From a virus: a stretch of 64,000 nt of DNA. Position 1 is the stretch's first letter, and each line of letters opens with the position of its first letter. The position numbers and the translations under genes are program-made. The notes under the pieces were generated by a model that was given only the letters and a program-made list of their open reading frames with translations, made no database searches and was not told where the DNA came from. The DNA is taken from IMG/VR virus record IMGVR_UViG_3300020056_002272, positions 1 through 64,000 of that record; one strand, written 5' to 3'. Shown here piece by piece: positions 29,701 through 37,322 of the stretch.

Positions 29701-32416
29701 AACTTTAAGCGGAGCATATACAACTGCAATCGGTCAAAATGCAGGCGAGATTGTTGTTGATGGCGATGGATTTATAAGTATAAACAATAGAGGTCCGGAG
29801 GAACTAGTTCCAGGCACTATATTAGATACTTTAGATATACAAGTTTACAACGCTGTAGAATCTGGACAAGGTATGATTAATGTTTATAATTTTGTAGCAG
29901 ATGGAGAAACTGTAAGTTGGCAATTAGACGAATACCCACAGTCTAATTCAAATATAATAATGAAGATAGATAATGTTGTGCAAGATAGCTCAGTTTATGA
30001 ATTTGATTATCAAACAAAAACATTGAGCATATCTGACAGCTCACTTGTTCCGGCTAATTCTATAGTAAGTATTTTAACTATTGGTAACAACGGTAATGAT
30101 ATTTTAGATAGTGATACTTTTATTGGCGATGGCTATACTACAGCATTCGAAACAGGAATTGCTTATCAAACTCCTATTTCAGCATTTATAACAGTTGATG
30201 GTATAGTATACGAAGAAGGTTACAATTTGATTGCATCAGACAACAATAGAATTACTATTGACTTTGGCGGAGCATTAGGCGAAGGTAGCATAATCACATA
30301 CACAATATATGCAGGAACAACTCAAAAATACAGTCAGATTGTAGTAGATAAAACTTTTGATATTACTGATGATAATCTAAGTCATACTTTCCAGTCGATA
30401 GGATTTCCTTTTAATGAAAGACCTGTTGCTGATAAAATACTTGTTAAGAAAGGCAATACCTTCCTAAATTCAATGTATACTATAACGTATACTGTTACAT
30501 CCAGCAGGTCTTATGATTTAGAAGCCTGGGCTATTAGAGATGTAAATTCTATAAGGAAAGAGGACGTAGTTGTATATCTTAACGGCGAAGTTTTAAATAG
30601 AAATTATTGGATATATGATCCAATAAATTATAGAGTCAATTTATTACAATATAATATAGGTGTAGCCGGAGACGAATTACAAATTAATGTAATTAAAGAC
30701 AGCGAGTATACTTTTATCACAACTCAAATTACTGTTGTAAGCGATCAAAATGTAAATGGACCGACATATGAGATAGCACCAGGCGATTTTGTTAACTTTG
30801 AATTTGCAGACAGCACAAATGTAAGTGGTAGACTTTTAAACAAAAGCATTGGCAGTCGTAATAAAGAAACAATTTTGCAACTGCAAGGATATGTAAGAGA
30901 TTTTGTTTATCATTACCCAGAAACAGATGCTTTTGCAATTGATAATATTTCAAATGCAAATCCTGCAGTTTTAACAACGACTGCTCCACACGGATTTACT
31001 ACAGGTGATAAAGTTCAGATTGAAAATGTAGTAGGCATGACAGAAGTAAATGAGAAAGAATATTTTGTCTCTGTAGTTGATGCTTTAAATGTAGAGCTTT
31101 ATTTAGATGAAAATCTTACAAATACTTTAAACAGTATAGGATTTACACCTTATACTCAGTATGGTATTGTAAGCATTCTTACAGCGAACACTGTAAAAGT
31201 TAGTGCAATAGTAAACAGTCAAGTAGTTGAGTTTGATGGCGAGATTCAGTCTATTGAATACTTGAATACAGATATTCTTTCTTTAAGAGATGCTCCAGAT
31301 GATCAGCCGATTGAAATATTTGTATTTTCTAATCACGATGTAAATGATTTTTCCAGAATCAGTTATGACCTTGATTACAGTAGCAATAAGTTGCCGGTCG
31401 AAAGTCAACAGCATTTAGATAGAAATTTGCTATCTAGAGGTTATGTAAGGTTGCGCAAGCCTGCAATAGCACAGCAATACACATGGGTAATTTTAAATGG
31501 CGAACTGCTATCACCTGAAGTTGATTATAAACTTACAAATAATAATTCGGGGTTACAATTAAATCAGCCTTTACAGGATACAGATCATGTTGAAATACTA
31601 CAATTTGGAGCAAATGTTTCAGAGCAAAAATTTGCATTTAGACAATTTAAAGACATTTTAAATAGAACACATTTTAAACGCATAAATGAAGCTAAGTCAT
31701 ATAGTCTAGCAAGAGATTGTAATTATTATGATAAGTTCATCGAACTTACAAGCTCTGATGGAATTGACGAACCAAGTCCTAATAGATCACTTAATATTCC
31801 TGGTGTAATATGGGTTAACGGTGAACGTATTGAATACATGGTAAAAGATGGTAACTTCCTACGTCAATTGACACGAGGAACTTTAGGAACAAGCATTAAC
31901 AATCTTCTTACTGCTGGAACAAAAATTTATAGTCAAGGAATTGGTGAAAATATTCCATACAAAGATGAAATTATTAAAGATGTAAAAATTGGCGATGGTA
32001 GCACAAGAGATTTTGAATTAGACTTTGATTTGTGGAGTTTTGCTTTAGAATATTATACTAAATTTGAAACTCTATACAGAGATCCAAGTAAGACTTTAGA
32101 TGAAATTCTTGGCAACATCGCCTCGAACTTCATAGACGTTTTTGTAGCAGGAAGAAAATTAAGGAAAAATGAATTAGCAGTTTTTGATGTAACAAGAGCA
32201 CAAGATAGCACAGAAGGAGATGTTATTGTAGAGCCCGAATTTACAGTCAGCAGTAATAATATTATTACACTTGCTAATACGCCGCAAAACTTACAAACAA
32301 TACAGATTGTGAGAAAAAAGGGCAAGGTTTGGAATGATCCAGATACGTCACTAGGCGATAGCGAAAATAGCATAGCAAAATTTATAACAGGTGCAACAAG
32401 TAAGTTACCCCGATAA
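17774..32416 (+). CDS. Giant (4880 aa) baseplate wedge / structural protein at the gp7 position
   Basis: Uninterrupted ORF after gp6. FLPQYF N-terminus, KPYSSKIR, FG-GAP-like propeller repeats, CBM5/12-like repeats, GxGY repeats, many GDG...F Ig-like modules. Confidence 0.75.
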   Translation: MANDDKTIPLPDGKNYKRSSAEFLPQYFRTNANKKFLQASLDQFVSDGVVEKINGFVGKKEAKAVTINDTYLAEVTDDRDNYQFEPYAVYEDSLGNTEFSADYLDYIGLIKTFRGNTDNHSKLNEQEFYAWNPHINFDKFTNFREYYWLPNGPQEVPVKGQSRDIVSTYQITTVTDDDNTALLFTPDGKTRNPEIKLFRGQKYIFEVNTDGHPITISSDRKFIPILGTTDKIVNVSATNNIITKIFDQTLTAWVEGIDWQNILLTDNDVLSAKNSLVYEDFDNNDFVETLVDTSLDLFKDRWNLLVEPYVGSLDFLAIEKTQLSTTEGNDTIIVDGTRYDRAAYVADANFTNSTLAIKNTIYQDIVEDALASYTKNDRDIIEKALYDAGQLVLDALDFDYTIKLYSFSERTANSIQQDDTNVSFIYNDGVKLSPVSIEGDTNDINDFVFDGYIENGIIEFTVPDNAPNELYFVSQTNIDTSCRLRVYDIEENTEIDIEKEIIGKKTYTTSDGWNFSNGMKIYFIGNVTPANYSEGFYYVEGVGDSINLVPVNELSVPAIFTQDTQVPFDTNGFDRVPFSDALSFAGTKDYIVINRSSADRNGWTRYNRWFHKDVILQSAEINSQDQYAFDESARAKRPIIEFESGLKLYQHGTKAKQIVDLVDDYTSDVFSIIEGSIGYNIDGIDLAEGMRVLFTADPDPLVNGKIYEVKFIDHNNKKDRISLVETSDTLPTQDETVLIKTGVNYAGRMFYYNDGQWQVAQDKNAINQVPKFDLYDEDGISYSDLDTYPLTTFKGNNIFSYQVGEGVNDTELGFPIVYKNLVNSGDILFDFNMLKDSYTYEVGGVKVNLDADLAYVKKYDLQGDEFSYQNSWKKANTKSSQYVIRKFTGRELTNSFPVDFFDNSAEIADLKIIVYHNNKLLIENVDYEQININKTRFVVFETAIEFDDIVIIKGKSKTTKNKNGYYETPHNFERNPLNNNITEFTYGQVADHVEGLIVEVDNFVGSQPGRNNLRDLGNVYQYGRKFVKHSGPLNIPLVNLARKDSNIVNAIRYAKKEYSKFKRDFVQIAETLGVDTATNQHVNLILAEIKKNKRDNMPFYNSDMIGSGGYKRLEYTVLDIDIKYYALSTPFAFTVDNRKAVYVYLNGEQLCYGVDYTLTTEGFAYITKTIAVDDTIEIHEYETTEASYIPPTPTKLGMFPAYKPEKFVDSTYADPVSVIRGHDGSITIAYDDFRDDLLLELERRIYNNIKVTYDTSIFDIHDYVGGEYRDTGISKEDLDNVLITDFVSWLTTAGNVDYTDNSFVQERSTLTYNYSSSVSPKGNRLPGFWRGVYIDSLDTDSPNLRPWEILGFSVQPSWWETQYGPAPYTKDNLILWKDIEGGIVREPGKEIKIRKKYIRPGLTSNIPVDESGRIRSPLDSSYSREFSFVVQRDKLFKFGDVAPTESAWRRSSEYPFALIVALLANRPAAVSGLLFDRSRITRNKVGNLIYTDTKKAINLENVVFPYTEQDSVVNYTAGLINYIESYIRSSLTASYEEYRNTVINLDNKLGFKVGGFADKSKLKLVLDSRTPLNKGNVFVPFENYSISLKKSSPIDIVSYSGVIIEKLPSGYRVSGYDQEDPFFLINKHAISAGDPVVNVGGISESFLVWDSAKIFDKGRIVEYLSAYYRVNETHTSNDTFDTSKFSKLAELPVVGGVSAVFRKNFTNTIDKIDYGTVFPSVQEVVDFLLSYDAYLKSIGFTFDFNNSRFETIENFNLLAREFMFFTTENWANSTIITLSPGANQLKFDTEYSTVDDIYDNFLGYTIKQIDGRILQNNFTNTIRVDGNSFGLFPTNTTEGIFFAKLALVQKEHVVLIDNNTVFNDTIYDPESGYRQERIKVVGYRTDAWDGSLNIPGFIYDQAKFTIWEAWRDYDIAEIVKYKEFYYTAKSKISGSATFDPEEWNLLAEKPEETVKPNFDYRANQFIDFYDLDTDNFDSEQQRLAQHLIGYQKRDYLSNIIVDDVSQYKFYQGFIQDKGTKNSLTKLFDKLGSADKDSLEFFEEWAFRNGQYGATSAYKEVEYALDESKFRIEPQLVELVQTEDTTRTDLVFQYPVKDVYIKEPGYNHAPFPVKYTDDEVVKTGGYVSLDQADIIAKTPQDIINLDVNTTDIGNIIWVPEYKNSWNIYEVINAPLGVEKISKTDTGFEVIFDRNCNFVAGDIIGLRNVSTEIDGYRFVASVSQNRATFNDTVSIEDASLDLSDSSLGSVLQLLSKRVADLDAMNSLINLYGLPANSKFWVDNIDDKFAVYESSRIWSGQENLVNREAGPTSWAESFAVNGYNTALAVADKNSKVYLYKRLSSVVPYVYNQTLAPESTLYDADSNFGESIEYTKDGNWLIIGAPTATNVKTKYKGEIAQIAYTTGDIVSDGGLLFKAIRDINFDSSTINTQSQDWEQVTAIEADEEGTGSTFNDQGAIHIYRRQTDQSFALYQTIVSPYPQADEKFGIAIKSSFDPNTLSTRLYVRSEKNNGRLYFLDLPNINDTFGYSRDPLYRGKFNSAVKYITGEIVEYNTTIYTASQTVPAGNEFNVTQWNTTESNIDRLGYVPIIGDDAVAGLEDSTAFDSNFRIAENFDVSDNGEVLVLTSLLSTDEYKIVVYRKTGDRFALHQTINAETNDIDFGHSVAINSIGNIIAIGATLADDQGTDTGKVFVYEYNTSALVFEKSQELVTPQPSKNERFGWQVDFSEDKLAVTGINGENSFATLFDTNETYFDSRSTEFVEKFANQLQIYVFEKLFTKFVYAETVDYAYYYTDQNGNRVAAKLNDTSNPKILFNKNHIVLGLPLVSLDDTDSIFGLVADLTATQNADSWQLLSRAKDFVDYEKLKGVFLYDKVSGDLITYLDVIDPIQGKIANIAEQEIFYKTPYDPAVYSNGSTDTGIKNPWTNNYIGKLWWDLSTVKWLNPYQGNITSQNNKWNKIIEGFSVDVYEWVESPYLPSKWDEIADTTEGLSQNISGTTLYGDSKYSVAQTYDAVAGRFNNRYFFWVRNSKLIPNVSGRNASCETVINLIADPKNTGYRFISLFNEKEFALHNVRSLIRGKDTIIHFDYADGPVNLGNVHSEYSLLTENDETSEPNNILVDKWFDSLVGYDANLNKLPDLDVSPARRYGILNEPLQTMFVNKTEALKQIVERVNLVLLQNLIVDDFDLSPLDAIDPLPSDVAGKYDEKIDNEGLLRFVGTSKIEQAQISLTTTDGRISSVTIENSGRGYKDPSYTAESTTRNGPSVEILGTGSGAVIKTEINNLGQITNATIINAGNGYTDEVIAIVRPFTVLVTNDSSIGGFWATYNYNKTEQEWNRQSIQSYDTTFYWQYRDWYKEGFSSITAVDHFIPASYALDGLNANINDIVKIENIGSGGWLLLQKINDIPEVDYTVNYQTVGRQNGTIQLSKLLYNNTDSGFDNQIYDSVLYDREPVNETRIILRALQTNIFVDQLKIEWNKLFFSSIRYVLAEQPTVDWVFKSAFIKAKHNVGELDQRVTFRNDNLENYQDYVAEVKPYSSKIREYVSGYEKVDPTETSVTDFDLQPRYSESQRQIIPESLQINQNVVGPLNSFVQTYPQKHWLDNLGFEITELAIANGGTGWSSGPVVTISGGGGPTIEGKGIIARGVLVDIEIDTSNAFYTSAPVVTLNGSQAEDSEDASVIAILGNSKVRSTHVAVKFDRTYGTDINETLYANIDKTETFTGNAGISAFELEWPMDLTASNVTVTVDNVESLSSEYTISNKLDTTKGFTRYKGVITFFVIPQLGANIQVSYKIAPQHLHAADRIRYHYNPSTGMLGKDLSQLMDGVDYSGVQIDTIALTGNQGFETTTFGVGGFDTFDTTFNDIKFTADGSTQLIELDEPLEAGVIYTVYKNNVRLDDINYDESVDQASQTALVTNPNAVIRSITGDGIQTVINLAGYNPPIETVDGDIIYIRRIDSDGSFTPGDAAFDTQLTGGDLETLSGAYTTAIGQNAGEIVVDGDGFISINNRGPEELVPGTILDTLDIQVYNAVESGQGMINVYNFVADGETVSWQLDEYPQSNSNIIMKIDNVVQDSSVYEFDYQTKTLSISDSSLVPANSIVSILTIGNNGNDILDSDTFIGDGYTTAFETGIAYQTPISAFITVDGIVYEEGYNLIASDNNRITIDFGGALGEGSIITYTIYAGTTQKYSQIVVDKTFDITDDNLSHTFQSIGFPFNERPVADKILVKKGNTFLNSMYTITYTVTSSRSYDLEAWAIRDVNSIRKEDVVVYLNGEVLNRNYWIYDPINYRVNLLQYNIGVAGDELQINVIKDSEYTFITTQITVVSDQNVNGPTYEIAPGDFVNFEFADSTNVSGRLLNKSIGSRNKETILQLQGYVRDFVYHYPETDAFAIDNISNANPAVLTTTAPHGFTTGDKVQIENVVGMTEVNEKEYFVSVVDALNVELYLDENLTNTLNSIGFTPYTQYGIVSILTANTVKVSAIVNSQVVEFDGEIQSIEYLNTDILSLRDAPDDQPIEIFVFSNHDVNDFSRISYDLDYSSNKLPVESQQHLDRNLLSRGYVRLRKPAIAQQYTWVILNGELLSPEVDYKLTNNNSGLQLNQPLQDTDHVEILQFGANVSEQKFAFRQFKDILNRTHFKRINEAKSYSLARDCNYYDKFIELTSSDGIDEPSPNRSLNIPGVIWVNGERIEYMVKDGNFLRQLTRGTLGTSINNLLTAGTKIYSQGIGENIPYKDEIIKDVKIGDGSTRDFELDFDLWSFALEYYTKFETLYRDPSKTLDEILGNIASNFIDVFVAGRKLRKNELAVFDVTRAQDSTEGDVIVEPEFTVSSNNIITLANTPQNLQTIQIVRKKGKVWNDPDTSLGDSENSIAKFITGATSKLPR

Positions 32417-32419
32417 ATA
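32412..32419 (+). promoter_or_regulatory. Late-type promoter GATAAATA
   Basis: Followed by CAGTATAGGTG and ATG 32443. Confidence 0.6.
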
Positions 32420-32442
32420 CAGTATAGGTGAGACATAAAAAT

Positions 32443-33051
32443 ATGGAAAAAACAACAGATATACAAGGAGTGCATGTTGAAGGACACATAAAAATACACA
32501 ACCCCGAAACAGGGTTTGTATTTGTGGACAAACGCAATGCTATTCACTACGAAAATATGAGTATTGCTTTGGCCGAAAGTTTAGGCAATGCCGGTCAAGG
32601 ATTTATATATGAAATGGCATTTGGTAATGGCGGAACAAGTGTAGACCCTACAGGTATTATTACATACCTTACACCTAATAGCACAGGAACAAATGCAAGT
32701 CTTTATAACCAGACATATACAAAAGTAATTGATGATCGTAGTGTTAACAATGTGGATCCGACAAGAAACAAAATAGAAACAAGACACCTAAGTGGAACTA
32801 ATTATACTGATATTCTTGTAACATGTTTGTTAGATTATGGAGAACCCGACGGGCAAGATGCATTTGATACTGCAAGTGATACTGAACAGCAATATGTTTT
32901 TGACGAATTAGGTCTTAAAAGTTACTCACCAACAGGCGAAGGCCGTTTAATAACACATGTTATTTTTCATCCAGTGCAAAAATCGTTAAACAGATTGATT
33001 CAAATTGATTATACTGTGAGGGTTCAGAGTCTAAGCGGAGGTGTTAATTAA
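32443..33051 (+). CDS. Conserved baseplate/tail structural protein
   Basis: Start revised to ATG 32443. MAFGNGG, FDELGL, THVIFHPVQKSLNR; lies between wedge and fibre genes. Confidence 0.65.
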   Translation: MEKTTDIQGVHVEGHIKIHNPETGFVFVDKRNAIHYENMSIALAESLGNAGQGFIYEMAFGNGGTSVDPTGIITYLTPNSTGTNASLYNQTYTKVIDDRSVNNVDPTRNKIETRHLSGTNYTDILVTCLLDYGEPDGQDAFDTASDTEQQYVFDELGLKSYSPTGEGRLITHVIFHPVQKSLNRLIQIDYTVRVQSLSGGVN

Positions 33052-35108
33052 TGGCATACAATGTTAGATTCAGCGACGAATTGAATAAGGGTGTAATTGT
33101 TGTTGAAGATTCAGAAATTAACACTGATACTAGTTTAGGACTAGTAGGTAGGCAAGTTGCTGATTACGGCGAAACCCTCAACATTAATTTCCTACACCTT
33201 TTAGAAAATTTTGCAAATTCTACCCCTCCAAGAAATCCTGTCGAAGGACAGTTATGGTATGATACTAGAGAAGGTGTAGATCAATTAAAATTATATGACG
33301 GAACAGGCTGGGTAGCAGCAGGCGGTTTGAAAAAAAGCACCACAGAACCATCAAGCACAAATAGTGTCAATGGCGATTTATGGGTGAATACATCGACAAG
33401 CCAATTGTATCTATACAGTGGCGGCTCCTGGATATTAATAGGACCTCAAAATACAAGTAATACAGGTATTATTGCAGCAACTATTGTAGATACACAAAAC
33501 GCTGATCAATCAGTTTTACAAATACTTGTAGATAATGTTGTAATTGGTTTGATTGCAGATGATAATTTTACTCCCAAAAGTCCTATAGCTGGATTTAACA
33601 AAGTTTGGGAAGATACATCTACAATAATTAGGAAAGGTATAAATTTAAGTAGAAGCATAGCCGGCGAGCAAGGAAGATTATCTGGCACAGCAGCATATGC
33701 TGAAAAACTTATATATGGTAACACCGAGATTCCTGCAGAAAATGTTCTACAAAGTAATATTGAAAATTTACTTACAAAAAAATTAAAGATACAAAATAAT
33801 GGCGGTGTTGATATTGGCTCGCCAGCAAACATGCGTATTATTGTTGAAGGCACCGATAGTGTGATTCAACATTTAGGAAGCGGCACATTTGATATTAGAA
33901 ATACTGATTATGCAACACCAGCGTTTAGGGTAAAGGCAGGTATTGCAGATAACAATATAGGTATAAACAATGCATCTCCTGATGCAACACTAGATATTAT
34001 AGGTAATTTAAAAGTTTCTACAACAGCAGAAATTGGTGGCAATGTAAGTCTTAATGGAAATTTATCAGTAACAAATGATATTACTGTAGGAGACAATGCA
34101 ACTATTCAGGGAAATATAACTGGTTATAGTTTATTTCCGGATCAAACCAATAGTTATAACATAGGATCTAACGGTCTTGTATATAATGGTGCGTATATAG
34201 AAACCATAAGAACAAACAACATTATTCCTTTAGATGCCGGAAATGTAATAACAGTTCAAGCAGAGCTACAAGGCAATGCAGATACAGCAACAAAACTTAA
34301 AACACCAGTGCAATTACAAATTGCCGGTGATATGGCAAGCAGTGTTGTGCAATTTGACGGTTCGGGCGTCCAATTAAAAACAATTACAACTAGTATATCG
34401 CCCGACGCTATCAATGCTCAAACATCAGGAGGAACAGCGTTATCCACTGATGAAGTATTAGCATTCAGATCTGGCACAGGTTTAGTAAAAATAACTCAAA
34501 ATGATTTTATAGGCACTATACCGTTTTTTCCTTTAGGAACAATTCTACCTTATGCAGGAACCACTGAACCATTAACTTTATGGAAATGGTGTAACGGACA
34601 AGCATTGCTATGGACAGAATTTAGAGATCTTGCAAATGCACTTGGCATGATAGAAGCAGATTCAACTACATGGAAGTATGGCACTGATGCTAGTTTAGTA
34701 GGCAGTGGCTACTTTAGACTTCCTGATCTACGAGGAAGAAATGCTGTAGGAAATATGAGTATGGCAGATGGAATTAATGTTTTACCTGCAGGCACAACAA
34801 ATAGAATTTCAAATGCAAATATAGAAGGTTATGTAGCAGGCGATGAAACAAAAACAATTACTGAAGCTAATTTACCTGATCATACACACGATTTGAACAG
34901 TCAAAATAGTGAGCAATTTTATGCCTTTACTGAAGCGGTTGCTGACGATACACCAACCGAAGTCTCGGCAGGAGGAGGCATTGATAACGCAACAGGATTC
35001 AAGTTAGACAATTCAGGAGGATTGTCAACAGTTACAAATGATCCAATGGATGTTATCAATCCGTATTTGACTACAAATTATATTATATATGTTGGAGAGG
35101 CAGCATGA
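33051..35108 (+). CDS. Tail fibre / baseplate protein with tail collar domain
   Basis: N-terminal NFLHLLENFA..PVEGQLWYD module; C-terminal GTILPYAG...CNGQ...FRLPDLRGR, HTH and NPYLTTNYIIY. Confidence 0.75.
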   Translation: MAYNVRFSDELNKGVIVVEDSEINTDTSLGLVGRQVADYGETLNINFLHLLENFANSTPPRNPVEGQLWYDTREGVDQLKLYDGTGWVAAGGLKKSTTEPSSTNSVNGDLWVNTSTSQLYLYSGGSWILIGPQNTSNTGIIAATIVDTQNADQSVLQILVDNVVIGLIADDNFTPKSPIAGFNKVWEDTSTIIRKGINLSRSIAGEQGRLSGTAAYAEKLIYGNTEIPAENVLQSNIENLLTKKLKIQNNGGVDIGSPANMRIIVEGTDSVIQHLGSGTFDIRNTDYATPAFRVKAGIADNNIGINNASPDATLDIIGNLKVSTTAEIGGNVSLNGNLSVTNDITVGDNATIQGNITGYSLFPDQTNSYNIGSNGLVYNGAYIETIRTNNIIPLDAGNVITVQAELQGNADTATKLKTPVQLQIAGDMASSVVQFDGSGVQLKTITTSISPDAINAQTSGGTALSTDEVLAFRSGTGLVKITQNDFIGTIPFFPLGTILPYAGTTEPLTLWKWCNGQALLWTEFRDLANALGMIEADSTTWKYGTDASLVGSGYFRLPDLRGRNAVGNMSMADGINVLPAGTTNRISNANIEGYVAGDETKTITEANLPDHTHDLNSQNSEQFYAFTEAVADDTPTEVSAGGGIDNATGFKLDNSGGLSTVTNDPMDVINPYLTTNYIIYVGEAA

Positions 35109-37273
35109 GTTATAAACTAAATTTAACAGACGGATCTTTACTGCTAGAATTAATAGATGGTAAAATTGATAACACATCAACAGATTTAACATTTATAGGT
35201 AAGAATTATCAAGGCTTTGGCGAAGTATTAAATGAAAACTTTATTGCTCTGCTAGAAAATTTTAATAATACTGTTGCGCCTACAGCACCAATACAAGGGC
35301 AATTATGGTATGATAGGACAACAGGTAGATTAAAAATTTACGATGGCTCTGTTTTTAGAAATACTGATAATACAGAGTATGCTAGTAGCCAGCCAACCGA
35401 AAAATTAGCAGGCGATCTCTGGATAAACAGTCAAACAGAGCAATTGTATTTTTATAATGGATCTGAATATGTTTTAGTAGGACCAAAGTTTACAAAAGTA
35501 GAAGGTCAAAACGGATTATTTGCAGACACTGTTATTTCAAAAGAAGATGGTCAAAATAAGGTTATAAACAAATTATTTGTAAACGGTGCTCTTGTAGCTA
35601 TTATTTCTAAGGATGAATTTACACCTATTCCAAGTATCACAGGATTTACAGGGTTATCAGTTGGGTATAACATAAGTCAACTTTATCCAAATTTTTATTG
35701 GAACGGCACAGCATCAACAGCTTTGAACATTCAGGATGCTGACGGAAATATATTTGATACTAATAGTTTTTTGAAAACTAGTCCTATAGGATTCAGTCAA
35801 ACAACTGACGGATTATTACACATAAACAATGATAACGGATTGATTATAGGCACAGGACTAGAATTTAGACAAAGAGTAAATGCTTCTACGATTATACAAG
35901 AGCTTACAGGATTAAATTTAAATTACAAACTTGATTTCCGAGATGGCAATGGAGTTGTAAACGGTATTTTCATTGATAATTCAGCAGATGATAAAAAATT
36001 AATGGGAATCTTTACAGATGGGCCACAGGACTTGTCTCCAACAACAGGCGATGCAAATGTTGTAGATATTGATGCAGATGTTAGAATACGAGGAGACTTA
36101 AGAATACAAGGTGATCAGCTTTACGTTGATACTACTGTGTTACGTGTAGAGGATTATCAGATTGAGCTAGGAGTTAGCGAGGATAGCACTATTCAAGACG
36201 ATTCTGCAATTGACGAAGCAGGTATTGTAGTAAAAAGTTCAGATGGCGATAAAGATTGGGTATGGATTAACGCTAGCACAAGTTGGACATCAAGTGAGCA
36301 CGTTGATTTAAAAACAGCAGATAAAGTTTATAAAATTGCCGGCACAGAAATACTCTCTCAAACTGCACTAGGTGCAACAGTCACCAGCGCACCCGGAATA
36401 ACACAATTAGGCACGTTAACAGAATTACAAGTTGATCAGCTTAATTTCAACGATGATACAATTACAGCAAGTAATGATTTGAATATTAATGTGCCGGGTA
36501 ATATTGTTATTAGCCCAGACAAAGTTATTACTGGAGTTTCTGCTCCTTCTCAAGATAATCAGGCAGCAAACAAGGCTTATGTAGATGATCAAATAGCAAC
36601 ACTACCAGTTTTACTTTCGGTTGACGTTACAGATTTAGGCGTGTCTTACGAAGTAGAATCCGTTGGAAGTTCAGATACTACATTGATAAACAATGTTGTT
36701 ACCATGCTAGAACAAATGGCACCTCCAGGAGATTATTTGGAAGGAACAATAGCAAGAATATTAGCAACACGTTATCAATATACTGCTTACTCGGTGGACC
36801 TAGTTGGAACAGTAGGAGCCACAAAAACTATGACAGCAGCTACTCAGGCTAATCCTGTTGTAGTAACAACCAGTGCTACACACGGATACAACGATGGAGA
36901 TGAAATAATAATACTTAATGTTGTGGGCATGACAGCTTTGAATAATAATAGATATTACGTAAGAGTGGTTGATCCTACAAATATTGAACTATATTTAGAT
37001 TCTACATTATCTACATCTTTAGACGGAACTGCTTTTGCAGCTTATGTTTCAGATGGTGAAATAGCACCAGCAAGTCCGGTATTTGAAGTAACAACAGAAC
37101 CGTTTGATGCAGGCGGAACACTTAACAAGAATGCAGTGACAAGTGCAGGACATATTGCTGAAACAGAAGTTGAAGTTACTCCAACGGTTAGTAGATTGCT
37201 TATATACTTTGAAGAAGAAGGTTCGCAATGGGTGCATAAACCATTACTATCACGGAACGATATACTTGCCTGA
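35105..37273 (+). CDS. Tail fibre-like protein (paralogous N-terminus)
   Basis: ENFIALLENF..PIQGQLWYD, AANKAYVD, and a QANPVVVTT..HG module. Confidence 0.7.
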   Translation: MSYKLNLTDGSLLLELIDGKIDNTSTDLTFIGKNYQGFGEVLNENFIALLENFNNTVAPTAPIQGQLWYDRTTGRLKIYDGSVFRNTDNTEYASSQPTEKLAGDLWINSQTEQLYFYNGSEYVLVGPKFTKVEGQNGLFADTVISKEDGQNKVINKLFVNGALVAIISKDEFTPIPSITGFTGLSVGYNISQLYPNFYWNGTASTALNIQDADGNIFDTNSFLKTSPIGFSQTTDGLLHINNDNGLIIGTGLEFRQRVNASTIIQELTGLNLNYKLDFRDGNGVVNGIFIDNSADDKKLMGIFTDGPQDLSPTTGDANVVDIDADVRIRGDLRIQGDQLYVDTTVLRVEDYQIELGVSEDSTIQDDSAIDEAGIVVKSSDGDKDWVWINASTSWTSSEHVDLKTADKVYKIAGTEILSQTALGATVTSAPGITQLGTLTELQVDQLNFNDDTITASNDLNINVPGNIVISPDKVITGVSAPSQDNQAANKAYVDDQIATLPVLLSVDVTDLGVSYEVESVGSSDTTLINNVVTMLEQMAPPGDYLEGTIARILATRYQYTAYSVDLVGTVGATKTMTAATQANPVVVTTSATHGYNDGDEIIILNVVGMTALNNNRYYVRVVDPTNIELYLDSTLSTSLDGTAFAAYVSDGEIAPASPVFEVTTEPFDAGGTLNKNAVTSAGHIAETEVEVTPTVSRLLIYFEEEGSQWVHKPLLSRNDILA

Positions 37274-37292
37274 TCGTATTATACATAAATGC

Positions 37293-37300
37293 GATAAATA
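37293..37300 (+). promoter_or_regulatory. Late-type promoter GATAAATA
   Basis: Intergenic; GAGGAG RBS follows. Confidence 0.6.
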
Positions 37301-37322
37301 ACATAAAGCACGAGGAGCAGAT

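Noticed and set aside
30929-31171. Ubiquitin-activating enzyme
   Set aside because: Only a small FCCH-like barrel inside structural proteins; no adenylation domain.
17774-32416. Intein or stop-codon recoding as the cause of the giant ORF
   Set aside because: No C...HN-C/S/T intein ends or LAGLIDADG motifs seen. TAA, TAG and TGA all end genes normally in this window.
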